Under the pieces are notes generated by a model. The model made no database searches. It worked only from the letters and a program-made list of their open reading frames with translations, and was not told the DNA's origin. Positions 1 through 12,783 of a stretch of DNA of 64,000 nucleotides are shown here, piece after piece. Within the stretch, counting starts at the first letter, position 1; each line of letters starts with the position of its first letter. This DNA comes from Eledone cirrhosa (lineage: Eukaryota), in NCBI GenBank assembly GCA_964016885.1, contig OZ024742.1, positions 246,574,001 through 246,638,000 on the forward strand. Reading direction: 5' to 3'. The position numbers and the translations under genes were made by a program.

Positions 1-305
1 GCAACACGTGCAGGCCCGACCGGCTGGAAGCACATACTCACAAATCTACCCCAGGTCGGCTCGAGTTTTATCCTAACACCACTGCACTATTAACCTGAAC
101 AGCAAAATACTTTGGTGGAGTCTCCAGTGTCCGAGCAGCCCTTTTAGTGCTCACCCATACCACATTGGAAGGGTCTAGAAAAGGTGACCTAAATAACGCT
201 TGCTCATTCATCAAACTGTCCAACAGCCTACATTTGGTGGTGGTTCATAATATCAGGGAATTCGTTGATGAGATGGCCGTCTTCTGTAAAGAAGTGGCAG
301 TTATC

Positions 306-339
<34 letters not shown>

Positions 340-697
340 ACATAAGAAAATAAGGGAGTTTTCACTTCATGTTAATGAAATCGTTTTGTGTGGAATGATT
401 ATATAAATAATCGTGAGAGAACAGCTTACGATATATGTTTTCTCAGCGTGGTTAATGGAGTTATGTAATCTTCCAGATGTTAAACTCTCGAGTATGGTAC
501 AAGGTTCCAAGAATTCACGGAGTAATTTAGTGTAAAATATTCAATGAGGAAAAACAGGCAAGGAATGAGGAGAAATTTGGAATGAAATTTATTTGATTAA
601 ATAATCTAACACATGTTTCTTTACAGATTAAATAACCATCTACGAGAGCTGCATAGGAATAGTTTTTCTCATCATTCACTCGCATTATGTTTGCGAA

Positions 698-900
698 GGG
701 CGTTGGATTGGCAGTATCGGTAGAGGGTCGGACGCCATGCTTTGACGCATAGAGTTACGGCCCTTGCCATTCTGAGTTCAAATCCCGCCAAGGTTAACTT
801 TGCCTTAAATCCTTACGGAGTCGATAAAATATCAGTAATGCAAAAATACCAGTAATGTACTGGGTATTTGCGGGCCTTGTGCCAAACGTAGAAACAATTA
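698..900 (+). mobile_element. tRNA-derived SINE with Nin/Deu-like core (SINE family 1)
   Basis: A-box-like TGGCAGTATCGG, B-box GAGTTCAAATCC, core AACTTTGCCTT..ATCCTTACGG(A/G)GTCGATAAAAT, 3' end GTAGAAACAATTA; about 10 related copies in the window. Confidence 0.8.
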
Positions 901-2154
901 TGTTTGCAATCGGCAATTCATCAGAGATTAATAAAATAATAAACATCTTTCGTAGGTATATTTGGGTAGAAAGGAAAGGAGGAGGAAGTGAAGTGGATAG
1001 TAGCCAATGGGCTTCGAGTATTTATAGATGGACTAAAAATGTCCTTGACTGAGAGGAATTTATTCTATAGTTCAAAGAGGACTATTTTAGGAAATGGGAG
1101 TATCTGTTGTCATGAAAATAAGCTGGAGATAAAATCCATTTGGAGCTAACAGTTTGATAATACAATAGATGAGAGGTGAACATTACAGATAAGAGAGATT
1201 GAAATATTAGATTTGGCGCCAGTCTTCTTTGTCTTTCAAAATATGCCAGTCTAAAGATATGTAATTCATAGATGTAGAGTTGTAGTCTCTACTCATAGAT
1301 TAGCTTTGATTATATCTAGAAAATTTTTTTAGATATTATATTTATGTTTACAATTGAATATTCTATCCTCTAGAATTTAGTCAATTTTTCCCGGTCATGA
1401 CTACCAACACTTCCGTCGCACAAAGATCACAATCACTTTTTTCGCGTCGACAAGGCTGGGCGAAGCTTAGAATTTACAACGACAGCTCGCACTCTAATTT
1501 TTACTGCTTTAAGTCCCATTTTGTTTTAGCCAATGCGGTAGATTTGCGGAATATACACACACACAATTATTCACAAAAAGCAAACAAATTTAATTGTATT
1601 GACTAGACATACATGAACACAGTCAAATAGACAAAGATAAACGGCATCCTCACACACACGCACGCCCACCCCCACGGTTACATGTATGTACACGCATTAA
1701 ACCCATATATATACATAAATATATGTGTGAATACAAATGGTTGAGGAAAATATGAAAATGTCATACATAGATTTTGGTGAAAAAATACATAATTTCATTT
1801 TGCTATTTTGAAGACATACAGATATACACACATGGCTGTATATATATACTAGCAGCAGTACCCAGCGTTGCCTGGGTAGGTAAAATAATATCTGCTTTGA
1901 TGGAAAGGTGTTGATCTTAGCGACTGCTTCTCGATGACTCATCTATGGCCACACATAGGCCATGCGGGGGAGGGTGGTGATGAACTCTATCACTGAGAAA
2001 CGTGGATGACTGAGGAAGGGGCATACTGGGGGAGGGAGGTAATGACCTCTAGCACTAAGCCAAATTTCCTCACGCTACTTGATTGGAAACCGATGAATTC
2101 TCAAATACACAACTAAAAGCTCAGACGACGTCAGTGGCCATCGTTTTGCTTTTG

Positions 2155-2765
2155 ACCATCTATAAGATGTGCAATGATAGGTTCTATCGTAGTATAAAAG
2201 TTGAACCAAATAAATTGATTTACGTGTGGGGTGGAGCCGAAGTTTCGAATTTGAACGAAATCGGTTGAAATATTTGGAAACTAATTATTGGTCGCCGTCC
2301 CTGAACAAAAAATGCAAAGTGTAAAGCTACTATAAGATGTGCAATGATAGGTTCTATCGTAGTATAAAAGTTGAACCAATTAAATTAATTTATGTGTGAA
2401 GTGGAGCCGAAGTTTCGAATTTGAACGAAATCCGTTAAAAAATGTGGGAGCTAGAGCCGAAAAGGTGGAAATTTGAACGAAAAGATGGTATTTTCAAATA
2501 TTTAAGCGGCTACCACACCGTTCCTGAACAAAAAATCCAAAATGTAAAGCCACTTTAAGACGTGAAATAATAAGATCTACCGTAGTCTAAAATTTGAACA
2601 AAATAGGTTGATTAATGTGTGAGCTAGAGCCGAAAAAGTGGTATTTTTGAATATTTAAGCGGCTCCCACGCCGTCCCCGAACAACAAATGCAAAATATAA
2701 AGCAATGATAAATTCTATTTTGCTTTAAAATTTGAACAAAATGTGGGAGATAGAGCCAAAAATCT
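2155..2765. repeat. Degenerate internal tandem repeat (about 4 units, first period ~170 bp), possibly the body of a non-autonomous DNA element
   Basis: CTATAAGATGTGCAATGATAGGTTCTATCGTAGTATAAAAGTTGAACCAA at ~2160 and ~2331; degenerate copies at ~2553 and ~2700. Confidence 0.6.
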
Positions 2766-3296
2766 TATTTTTCGATAACTAAAAAAAGGTGACGCCCCTA
2801 TCGATTTTTATCTGCAGAATAACCCCGGAATAAAAAATAAAAAAACGATACGCTGATATATAGAAAACACTCCCCGATGACTAATCTATGAGCCTGTATT
2901 TTTCTATATTTTTTCCCCTCGCTGTGACTTGTATTTTTTTATATTCCCTTACTGCTATCCTCTTTCTCTCTCCCCATTCTCTCTCCTTGTACCTCTTACT
3001 TTCATTCACCCCCGCTGCTGGTCACACACTCTCGGCTGGCCTCCTCCTCCTACTTTCACTCATTCACTCTCTGCTACTACTCCCTCTCTCACTTCCTCCC
3101 GTCTGACCTGTGTGAAATCCTTTTCTCGCTTACATTTCGCAGGGTTCGGACGCGTCCTTCGTCTTCTCGTCAATGATTTGCCAGAACTTAAGTTCACATG
3201 TATCACTGACTTGTTTTCTCATTTTCCTCTCTTTACGTTGCCTTACCATTTTTGTTTGTTTCATCTCTCTCTTTTTCCACCCAATTCTTTTTATCC

Positions 3297-3406
3297 CAAT
3301 AACTCATTTTAGTTATTGTTCGCGCTGGCTTGAGGTATCTGGTCTTTAATGCGAAGAAATACCGATGATGGCCAGAAGATCACTGATGGCGGATAGTCCT
3401 GGTTTC
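3297..3406 (+). ncRNA. Conserved pseudoknotted RNA motif with hammerhead-like core, copy 1
   Basis: Helices TTCGCG/TGCGAA, CTGGCT/GGCCAG, GGTA/TACC, TGGTCTT/AAGATCA; GAAA 3356-3359, CTGATGG 3383-3389; same spacing as the copies at 24006-24076 and 58244-58314. Confidence 0.6.
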
Positions 3407-3429
3407 TTGCTATATATATATATATATAT

Positions 3430-4119
3430 AAAAATTTTAGTACAGCATTAACGAAGCTTTAGGCTGCGGCTAAGCTAACGAATGCAAATTCGGAATGTAG
3501 CTTTAGCACTCGATGGAGAATAATACCCCAGAGTAATAACAATACGCTTAGACAGCTTTGCAAATCAAATATAGCGATCGGCAGTCCAGCCGCATTGCCA
3601 TAGCAAAGAAAAAGACTGGATTCAGGAAAAGATATTTGACTGACCTGGACCATCACGCGGAGACCGAATGCAATAGATAATGCATATCGTATAGCACACG
3701 ATATACATCACATACAACACACAACATCCATGCTAGGTTTCTGTAAATCCGAGATCGACTAATTCCGCTTGCAGGGGTCTGCAAGTTAATGACGACAGAA
3801 CAAAGGATTTACTTCGTCAACAAGTCTTGCGTTCTATAGCCTCAGCGGGTGTGTTCTAGCAGTAAATTTCGCTATAGACACGTGGTTTTCTCCAAGGGAG
3901 GTAACCCCCGTTTTGGCGGTGAATTCGAAATTTGAGACAAAGGAATGAAATTCCCTTAGACAAACCGAATTAAGCACTCAGCCAGAAGTTATCAAACAAA
4001 CATAAACAATTAATCAATCAATAGAATTGTCTAATTAAATTAATCAGTTAATCGTTAATTCGGAATGTAGCTTTAGCACTCGATGGAGAATAATACCCCA
4101 GAGTAATAACAATACGTTT
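3430..4119 (-). mobile_element. Non-coding (TA)n-inserted element with a 63-bp direct repeat and a degenerate HHR
   Basis: Direct repeat 3487-3549 / 4057-4119; minus strand reads TTGACGA-a-GTAAATCC...GGATTTAC-a-GAAA (3738-3820); flanked by (TA)n. Confidence 0.55.
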
Positions 4120-4201
4120 AGATATATATATATGTACGTATGTATGTGTAGAAATATATGAATATATATATATATATGTATGTATATATATATATATATA
4201 T

Positions 4202-4959
4202 AATATATTGAGAAACACACAGATACATGCGGACACACATATATACATGAATATATCCCCATCCATCCTTGAGTTAATGGTGCCAACCTTAACCGATGTT
4301 GCTCTATGAATAACTGGGACAAACCAATCCGAATGGATTAGACTGAACCAGTATCAGAGCTAAAAGTACATTATGAAGAGAGAAGAAACATTTAGATATA
4401 ATTAGTAATAAGATGTATCATACTTAAACTGCTTCTAGATTCCTCGACTACGTAGTTTCGTGGCATAATCAAAAACAATACATCATAGAGATATAGAGCT
4501 TTTGTGAGGTCTGCCGACTTATCAAGAGGATACCTCATTTTACTAGCCTCAAGAACACGTCTATAAGATGTGAGATAGAATCCCAAAAGGCGGAGGGGGA
4601 GTCAGTCACGTGATACAACGGTCAAGAAACAGAGCTAAGCCCCTTATAACCCTGAAAAAAATACCACGGAGGCGGAGGGGGTATTTATATCGAGGCCGTA
4701 GAAGAAGTGATTAAGGAGGAGAGAAGTATGAGTAATGGCAGCTTTCCAGCAGTCACTACACTTCAAAGATTACTCGACCAGAGGGAGTTATAAACAATAT
4801 ATTGAGAAACACACAGATACATGCGGACACACACATATACATGAATATATCCACATCCATCCTTGAGTTAATGGTGCCAACCTTAACCAATGTTGCTCTA
4901 TGAATAACTGGGACAAACCAATCCGAATGGCTTAGACTGAACCAGTATCAGAGCTAAAA

Positions 4960-4963
<4 letters not shown>
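4202..4963 (-). mobile_element. Retrozyme-like family D, one 594-bp monomer plus ~168-bp terminal redundancy
   Basis: Direct repeat 4202-4369 / 4796-4963; homologous to 34571-35716; HHR at 4441-4530. Confidence 0.85.
4441..4530 (-). ncRNA. Type I hammerhead ribozyme, U3:A8 core variant
   Basis: TCCTC-TTGATAA-GTCGGCA...TGCCAC-GAAA-CTACGTAG-TC-GAGGA: 5-bp stem I, palindromic stem III, GUC site. Confidence 0.85.
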
Positions 4964-5032
<69 letters not shown>

Positions 5033-5077
5033 CATATATGTATATTCATATATATCTACACACATACGTACATACAT

Positions 5078-5174
<97 letters not shown>

Positions 5175-5224
5175 CATATTTATACATATATATATTTACA
5201 TATATATATACGTACATATATATG

Positions 5225-5256
<32 letters not shown>

Positions 5257-5257
<1 letters not shown>

Positions 5258-5825
5258 GGTGGCTGCCAACTCGTTTTCGAGTACGGCCACTACTTTATAT
5301 CCATGAAAGAGAACCCTTACCGATACGCTGAACGAGTGTGACTTTTTAGTCCAGCCAGCGACTTGAAAACTCTGGTACAAACACTACACTTGTGACAATT
5401 ATTGACACATAGTGCTGGGCCCATGGTAACATGTGACGACAAGTGCAGAGAGATCTCCAGATATAAAGCAATGCCTGTGCCGTGAAGCTTTTATAGTGAG
5501 CAGAGGCTCTGCACAAAGCCAGTCCCACTCTCTTAAACAAGATGATATTTACCAAAAAGAAGAACAAGTCAACATCATTGGAGACCATCAGGGTTGCAGG
5601 TGTTATATCAGAGTCTTCCTTCTCCTAGAATTCTGCCTTGACAAAGGCTAAGGGGTCATCTCTCCCGGTGATTTCGGATGGCCATTGACTCTTAATAGCT
5701 GCTTTTCCCTTTGACAGATTTTGTTTTTAGTCCTGCAGGATGTCCAAAGTCACCCTCCTCACCAAGAAACCTTGGTGAGGTTGCCAGTTTAGTCGCCAAC
5801 GACCCGACCATGAGACAGCTTGTAC

Positions 5826-5830
<5 letters not shown>
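5257..5830 (-). mobile_element. Non-autonomous retroposon family E1 (RTE-UTR-like)
   Basis: High identity to 57708-58133 and 59625-60183; 3' end GTTGGCAGCCACC abuts (AT)n; CTAGGAGAAGGAAGACTCTGA resembles RTE 5' UTR motifs (inference). Confidence 0.75.
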
Positions 5831-5889
<59 letters not shown>

Positions 5890-5900
5890 TATATATATAT

Positions 5901-6408
5901 TAGAATTGGCGCTCTGAAATAGCTATATATATATATGAATGTATATATAGTATATTTTGCAATACACAGTATGCTTAATTAAAAGCATTTCGAATACCTT
6001 ATGCTATTGTTTTAGAGTAGTGACATTCTCTCTTACTTTAAATTTTCAGCAAACAGGGGGAGATAAAGCTATGTTTCATACTGATTGGTACTTATCAAAG
6101 CCAAGTACCCCACCTGTTTGCTGAAAATCATGAATGTTTGATTCTTATAGAATTTCTAGTAATAATCAGGAACTGATTATACAGAGCGGTTGCCGGTCAA
6201 GCAGAAATTGAAAATTAGAATTGGCGCTCAGAAATAGCTATATATATATGAATGTATATATAGTGTATTTTGCATATATAGTGTATTCCCCCTGTTTGGT
6301 GAAAACTTAAAGTAAGTGAGACTGTCACTACTCTAAAACAATAGCATAAGGTCTTCGAAATGCTTTTAATTAAGCATACAGTGTATTGCAAAATACACTA
6401 TATATACA

Positions 6409-6413
<5 letters not shown>
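5901..6413 (-). mobile_element. Retrozyme-like family F: 314-bp tandem monomer on minus plus an inverted arm (~6288-6413)
   Basis: TTAGAATTGGCGCTC at 5901 and 6215; 6288-6413 is the reverse complement of ~5930-6058; degenerate TTGATAA HHR at 6067-6102 enclosed by TTTTCAGCAAACAGG/CCTGTTTGCTGAAAA; related to 60338-60915 and 17057-17235. Confidence 0.75.
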
Positions 6414-6468
<55 letters not shown>

Positions 6469-6612
6469 AATATATATATATATATATATACATACTTACA
6501 TACATATATTTATATATATATATATATATATGTGTGTATATATATATATAGTTAAAACTTAGACGGGAACAAACCAGATAGGCAGTACAAATAAGAGTTT
6601 ATTAGGTTCACG

Positions 6613-6760
<148 letters not shown>

Positions 6761-6879
6761 CCACTACTCCGCTATCGACTACCACAAATAAAAAACAAAC
6801 AAAAACAACACCAATAGCAGTAGAGGAAGTTTAAGATATGAGGTGTAAAATGCATATATTTATATTAAACTTTATCACG

Positions 6880-7345
6880 CCCACTGCTTTCACAAACCCT
6901 ATCATAACCACTACAACAACTATCACAACAACTACCACAACAGCCGCCATCATAGTCGCTACAATATATAACTACAGCAGCCACTATCACAGACACCACA
7001 ACAACCACCACAGCAACCAATATTTCAACATCACCAGCAACAATCATCACCACAACACCAACATCAAAGACCGCCACAACACGAGAACCACACAGCCACC
7101 GCAACCACCAACACCACCACCACCACCAGCAGCAACTCCACTAGCATCACTACCAGCACCAGCACTACAACCACCAGCTCCACTATCACCACCACCACCA
7201 CCACCACCACCACCAGCACCACCTCCACAACCACCAGCACCACAACCACCAGCGCCACTACCACCACCACCACCACCACCACCACCACCACCACCACCAC
7301 CACCACCACCACCACCACCACCACCACCACCACCACCACCACGAC
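6880..7345. repeat. (CCA)n/(CAA)n trinucleotide low-complexity tract
   Basis: Direct reading; accounts for the poly-Pro, poly-Gly and poly-Val ORFs. Confidence 0.9.
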
Positions 7346-8869
7346 ACAATCCGTGACAGCTCTTTGGAATAACGACATGAAACGCATGTGTTTCTGTATC
7401 AATACATTGCGGTGTCTTTCATATGTATTACTTATAGATTACCTACTGTGCTATCTGAAGACCACGTTTCAGAGATTGCGTCATGGTATCACGGCTATAG
7501 CGTAATTAAATAATTTATGAAATCTAGTATTCGTTTTATTATATTGATGCATTTAACTCCGCCCTGTGTTACCCATACGATACCAAAATTGGTAGAATAT
7601 ACATATCATCGAGTGCTCTGTCCTTATTACACCCTGACTCTTTTTAATGAAGCGACATAATCACAGCCTAGACTACCAATTAGGAAGCACTCTCACGCAC
7701 ACACACACACTCACTGACACACATACACACACTCACACACACACACACCACATTACATATAATTATGTGCGTGTCTATGCATGTTTACACACACTTTCAC
7801 ACAAACTCACACAAACGCACATACATACATACACACACAGACACACACAGGCACGCACATACACAGGCATACATATATATATATGTGTGTGTATGTGAAT
7901 GTGTTTGTGTGTGTGTGTATGTGTGTGTGTATGTGTGCATACACATGTACACTTTCACACAAACGCATATATATACATAGCCACACGCACACACACATAT
8001 ATATATACACACTTGCGCACTCAAAATCTTACTTACGCATATACATGCACACACACACATATATGTGTGTACACTTGAAGACCATGTATAAACACATGCA
8101 CTTGTATAAACACATGCACAAACTCACACATATATATACACATTCACACACCTATTCCTAAACACTCGTAAAGACGTATTCACACACACACACATTTCGA
8201 CATTTTACAAAAGATTATAAGGTCTATTTAATTAATCAATTATTAAATGTGAAGAACTACTAATATTGTGGCGACCATTTTGATGTATGCTTTTAAAATG
8301 GCGGCCAGACCCAGACAGATGCTGGAGGCTATGATGTCATTATCATGTGAGGCTTCAGTTCAGTGGAAAGTATGCTATGTTTTTGAGGAATGGACGAGAA
8401 ACAGTAACACGTGAAACTGGAGCTAATAGAGAATCACAACAAAAAATGTAAGAATACAGGCGGTGTTTGGTTATCATGCCGCTGAGGAAAATCAGTTGTG
8501 GTTAAGATATTGTTTATTTTTCCATTAGTCAGGAAGAAATGTCAGTGTTTATGTCCCTTTTTATGGGACTCCAAGACTGGAGGTAAAGATTGGATAGGGG
8601 TAGGGATATGTATTTATCTGCAAACCTGAGTCTTGGTCAGAATCAGCTCTGCTAAAGGAACCCAAGAATTATCTGGCGGTGTTAAATTGAGCAATGGATT
8701 AAGACTTCCACCTAGGTCGGCCACAGTGGAATTTGTTGGTTTGTTGGTGTGTCACCTCCTACTTGACCTTATTTAATAAACCTGTGACTTGAAGATAAAC
8801 ATCGGCATGAGATGGGACCCACCTATATGTTGTTATAGTAGTACCATGTGGTACTCGCCCCCCCCCATG

Positions 8870-11800
8870 TATAACAATATTTGTTTCGACACACGATTTC
8901 ATATAAAAAACCTCGCAAAACTAATTCATCGCCGTTATAGCATTAGCTTGTGCCAAGCTTATTGAAAGACACTGTTTTCTGTTATATAAAAACTACAATA
9001 TCAACAGAACAAATCCGCTTCTTAAACACTGTGTTTCCTCCAAAATATACAGAACAAACATATCAAAACAAGTAAATAATTTATTATTGAACAAAACACA
9101 AGCTGAACGACTAAAACACACAATAACAGTTAATATGAAAAGAACAACATACACAAAAGTCAACGAACTTTACAGACAGAAACGCATTAACGGTAAGGAA
9201 GTCCGAAATCTCACCACACCAAACGAGAGGGATAACTTCATGAGCGTCATCCGACGTGAAACGAAATACGCCCGAAACGAATGCAATAGGCATTTCAATA
9301 AGAAATTAGAATGGATGAATAAGAAAAAACTACTAGAAAGGAAAATAGAATATTCTCAAAAATACCCAGATAACATCAACAATATCCGCATGACTGATGT
9401 AAAACTACCGGAATAATTTACCAATGACCACACAGTAAATATTTATGGGAACACTTTAATCAGTGAACAATAACAACAAATACTGCAGCTACCATCAAAA
9501 TTTTCCATCTACAAAAAGATTAACCCTATTGAGTGCAAAACGGAGCTGGAAAAGTGTTTCACAAAAATACGTTGGAATGCAAAGGTAAACAACAACAACA
9601 ACAACAATAATAACGGTAGTAGTAATATAAACAATAACTCTGAGTATAGAAATAACAGCCATAACAATAACAATAACAGGAAAGTGAGAAATAGTAATAA
9701 TGTTAATAATACTAACGATAGAAAGAACAACAACAACCATAATAATAATAGTAATAGAAACATTAACCACAGACACAGCAGCAGCGACCACAGTAGTAAT
9801 AACGGTAACAATACGAACAACAACAACAATAACCACAGTGGTAATAATGGAAATAATACATGTAGCAACATTAATGATAGACACAACAAAAACAAGAAAC
9901 ATAATAATAGTAACAACCACAATGGTAGAAATAACAGTAACAATAACTAACGGTGAAGTAAACAACAATACATCTAGCAATCATAACAATCATAATAATG
10001 CTAATGATAGGAACAACAACAACCACCATGATAACAATAATAGCAACACACACAACTATGACGATAGATATAATGACAACAACTTAGAGAAACTATTTTT
10101 CAACCCAGCTGACAAAACATATAAGATGGGTAATATCTATCCTACGAGGTTACCCTTTAATAAAAGAGTTTGCATACCACAACAAATAGATGACGAGACA
10201 GAGGCACAGTTCACCATAGCTAGAAATAAGATTAGACAAATAGTAGACAGGTATACGAAGAGACAGAGAAGACCTGAGGCCCAACAACTTGGGAGGAAAC
10301 CTGTAGAAGGCTTGGTTAGCCCCAAGCAGCGCACAAGGGATGGTGAGGTAGTATGTCTACCCACGGATGAGTCTGGTAGGATGTCAATAGATAGCATGCC
10401 GAACTTCATCAAGGCTATGCAACCCCACATCACCAGCACGAGCGAAATTGCACAACAAACACACGATGGGAGAGAGAAAATCCTCAACGCTCACATAATG
10501 ATGTGGACTGATATCCTAAAGCCAAGCAGACGCACTGCCAACAACTTCCAGGCGTCTAACAATGGCATACCACCCTTGTATGGACTCCGCAAAGACCACA
10601 AGACAGTCGACGACCCGACAACAGGACCACCAACAAGACTCGTATGCGGAGCTAATATAGCTCATAACTACAGGATCTCCTACTTCCTCTCAATGGTTAT
10701 ACGCCCCATAATCAAGATGTTCCCGGATGTATGTGACAGTACAGAGGACCTCCTCAGCAGAATCAGTGAGTGCAACAAAAACAGGAACCTATCCAACTGC
10801 ATAATAGGCAGCATGGATGTGGTGTCACTGTACCCATCCATTAACATTGATTTTGCTGTGAAAAAATGTGTGGAGATGATCATTGAGAGTGAGGTGGAGT
10901 TCTGCGACGTCGACACAGACGAACTGGGCCTCCTACTTAGACTTACCTACGACACGGACTACCTAGACAGCCATGACCTTAGACGTTTCTGCCCTAGTAG
11001 ACCCATAAGAGGTAGACCCCCACCATAACCTCAATGGCAAAAAAGACTCCCATGGGAAGGTGGATTGGGTGGACCAAAGCTATACGGACCCCCCAAAACA
11101 ATGATCAGGTAAGAAAAATGGTCGCACATGCAATAGAGGCTAGTATCAAAACTACCCTCAAGGGCCACATATTTAAGTTCAACGAGAAGATCTACACCCA
11201 AAATGAAGGAGCAGCCATTGGCGTCAGCATAGCTGGTGATGTTGCCAACCTTTTCATTGTATGGTGGGAAAGGAGACTTAAAGATCTCCTTAATGAGAGC
11301 TCTATAGACCTCATCATGTACTCTCGTTATGTAGACGATATCAATATAGTTATAAGAACATTCCCACAAGAGAGCACTAACAAGTTTGATTTAGAACGTA
11401 GCACAATGGAAAGCATCCAGCAGATAGCTAATTCCATACACCAGAGTATAACTCTAACTATCGACTTCCCTTCCAAACACCCTAACAATAGACTACCTGT
11501 ATTAGACACAGAACTCTGGATTAACACTATAGACGAGAGAGCCCAAATTCTCCACTCACACTATGCTAAACCCATGGCCTCCAAATACCTGATACTCAAA
11601 AACTCAGCAATGTCCAGTAGTGCTAAGTTTAATATTCTGATCGCAGATTTGGTACGAGTGATGAAGAATGTGTCCCGCATGTGCGACCCAACAGAAATGG
11701 AAAGACACATCCAACACTTCATCAACCGCATGCAGTTCTCTGGCTACAACCAAAGAGACAGAGTCAGAGTATACGAAGGAGCCATGGAGAAGTATAAGAC

Positions 11801-12485
11801 CCTCATAGAACTGGACATGAAAGGAATTTGCCCATTATACAGGAGCAAATCATGGAATAGCTTAGATAGGGCTAGACATAAGATAGGGAAAGTCACCTCA
11901 TGGTACGACAACCAGAGATACCAGAGTGTCATGTTTGTGGACGCTACCCCTGGAGGGAAATTAGCTAACCAGTGTAGAAAGGCCCCGAGAAAGACCCACT
12001 TAAAAATTAAGGTGGTAGAAAAGCCAGGAACCACCATAAAATCCCTGATCAGCAAAACCTACCCTTTTAAGAAAACCCACTGTACCAATAGGAAATGTAT
12101 CAAATGTAAGGTAAACCCCCGGATAAACTGTAAAACTAGAAACGTAGTCTATAGCATAAGATGTACAGAGGGTACCTGCAGAAACATGACAACAACATAC
12201 ATAGGTGAGACAGCTCGTAGCATAGGTGAAAGGATAGACCAACACTGGGGGGAACTAAAAGGACGAAAAAACGGTTCAGTACTATACGAACATGCCAGAC
12301 AACAACATGACGGTAACATAGACAACATAGAAATTAGAATAATATCTAAACATAGAAATGACCCAGCAGATAGGCAAATCAGAGAGGCCAGTGAAATAGA
12401 AATTAGAAGACCAAGACTAAACAGAAAGAATGAATGGAATAACAACAACACCCAAACAAACAACACTGACCTAAGAGAAGTATAA
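8870..12485 (+). pseudogene. Disrupted PLE RT/GIY-YIG endonuclease ORF
   Basis: RT motifs LYGLRKDHK, DVVSLYPSI, GAAIG, RYVDD; Cys linker CTNRKCIKC; EN motifs NVVYSIRC...YIGETARS...R..QH...EASEI; TAA stops at ~9414 and ~9471 (GAA in copy 22305-22934); 1-nt loss in the C-run at ~11020 relative to the copy at ~38905. Confidence 0.92.
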
Positions 12486-12745
12486 ATAAGTAAATAAAAT
12501 AAAATAAAATAAATAAATAAATAAATACATACACAAGCACAATAACAACAAACACATAAACACACATTAGTTACCCAATCACGAACACCCATCACACATC
12601 AATCAAAACACTATACACACACGCAAACGCATGCGCAAAGGAGACAAAATAAAATAAACAAACAAGCAAATAGATAATTAAATATATAGACAGACTGAAT
12701 AAAAATGGCGTAGCCATACAATTCAACAGGAGGAAACAATAGAAC

Positions 12746-12783
12746 CACTGACGATGTTGCAGATGTGCAACGAAAGATTTATG
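12746..12783 (+). ncRNA. Minimal type I HHR in the family A pLTR
   Basis: CA-CTGACGA-T-GTTGCA-gatg-TGCAAC-GAAA-gatt-TA-TG; homologues at 23316-23357(+) and 37135-37172(-, CTGATGA); within the core only N7 varies. Confidence 0.75.

Noticed and set aside
900-1120. L1/Tx1-like C-terminal remnant (NKIINIFRRYIW)
   Set aside because: Too short and degenerate to support.
2155-2765. CRISPR-like repeat/spacer array
   Set aside because: Units are long, degenerate and irregular, there are no cas genes, and the context is eukaryotic.
3319-3389. Pistol, twister or HDV identity for the pseudoknotted motif
   Set aside because: It shares a P1/pseudoknot/A-rich linker outline with pistol but lacks the GCG and GU cleavage module; the conserved residues of the other classes were not found by eye.
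6838-7356. Formin/extensin-like poly-proline ORF
   Set aside because: Entirely explained by the (CCA)n tract; no flanking domains or splice evidence.
11020-11034. Programmed frameshift or two-ORF organisation in PLE family A
   Set aside because: The copy at ~38905 has six Cs and is in frame, so this is a homopolymer deletion or sequencing error.
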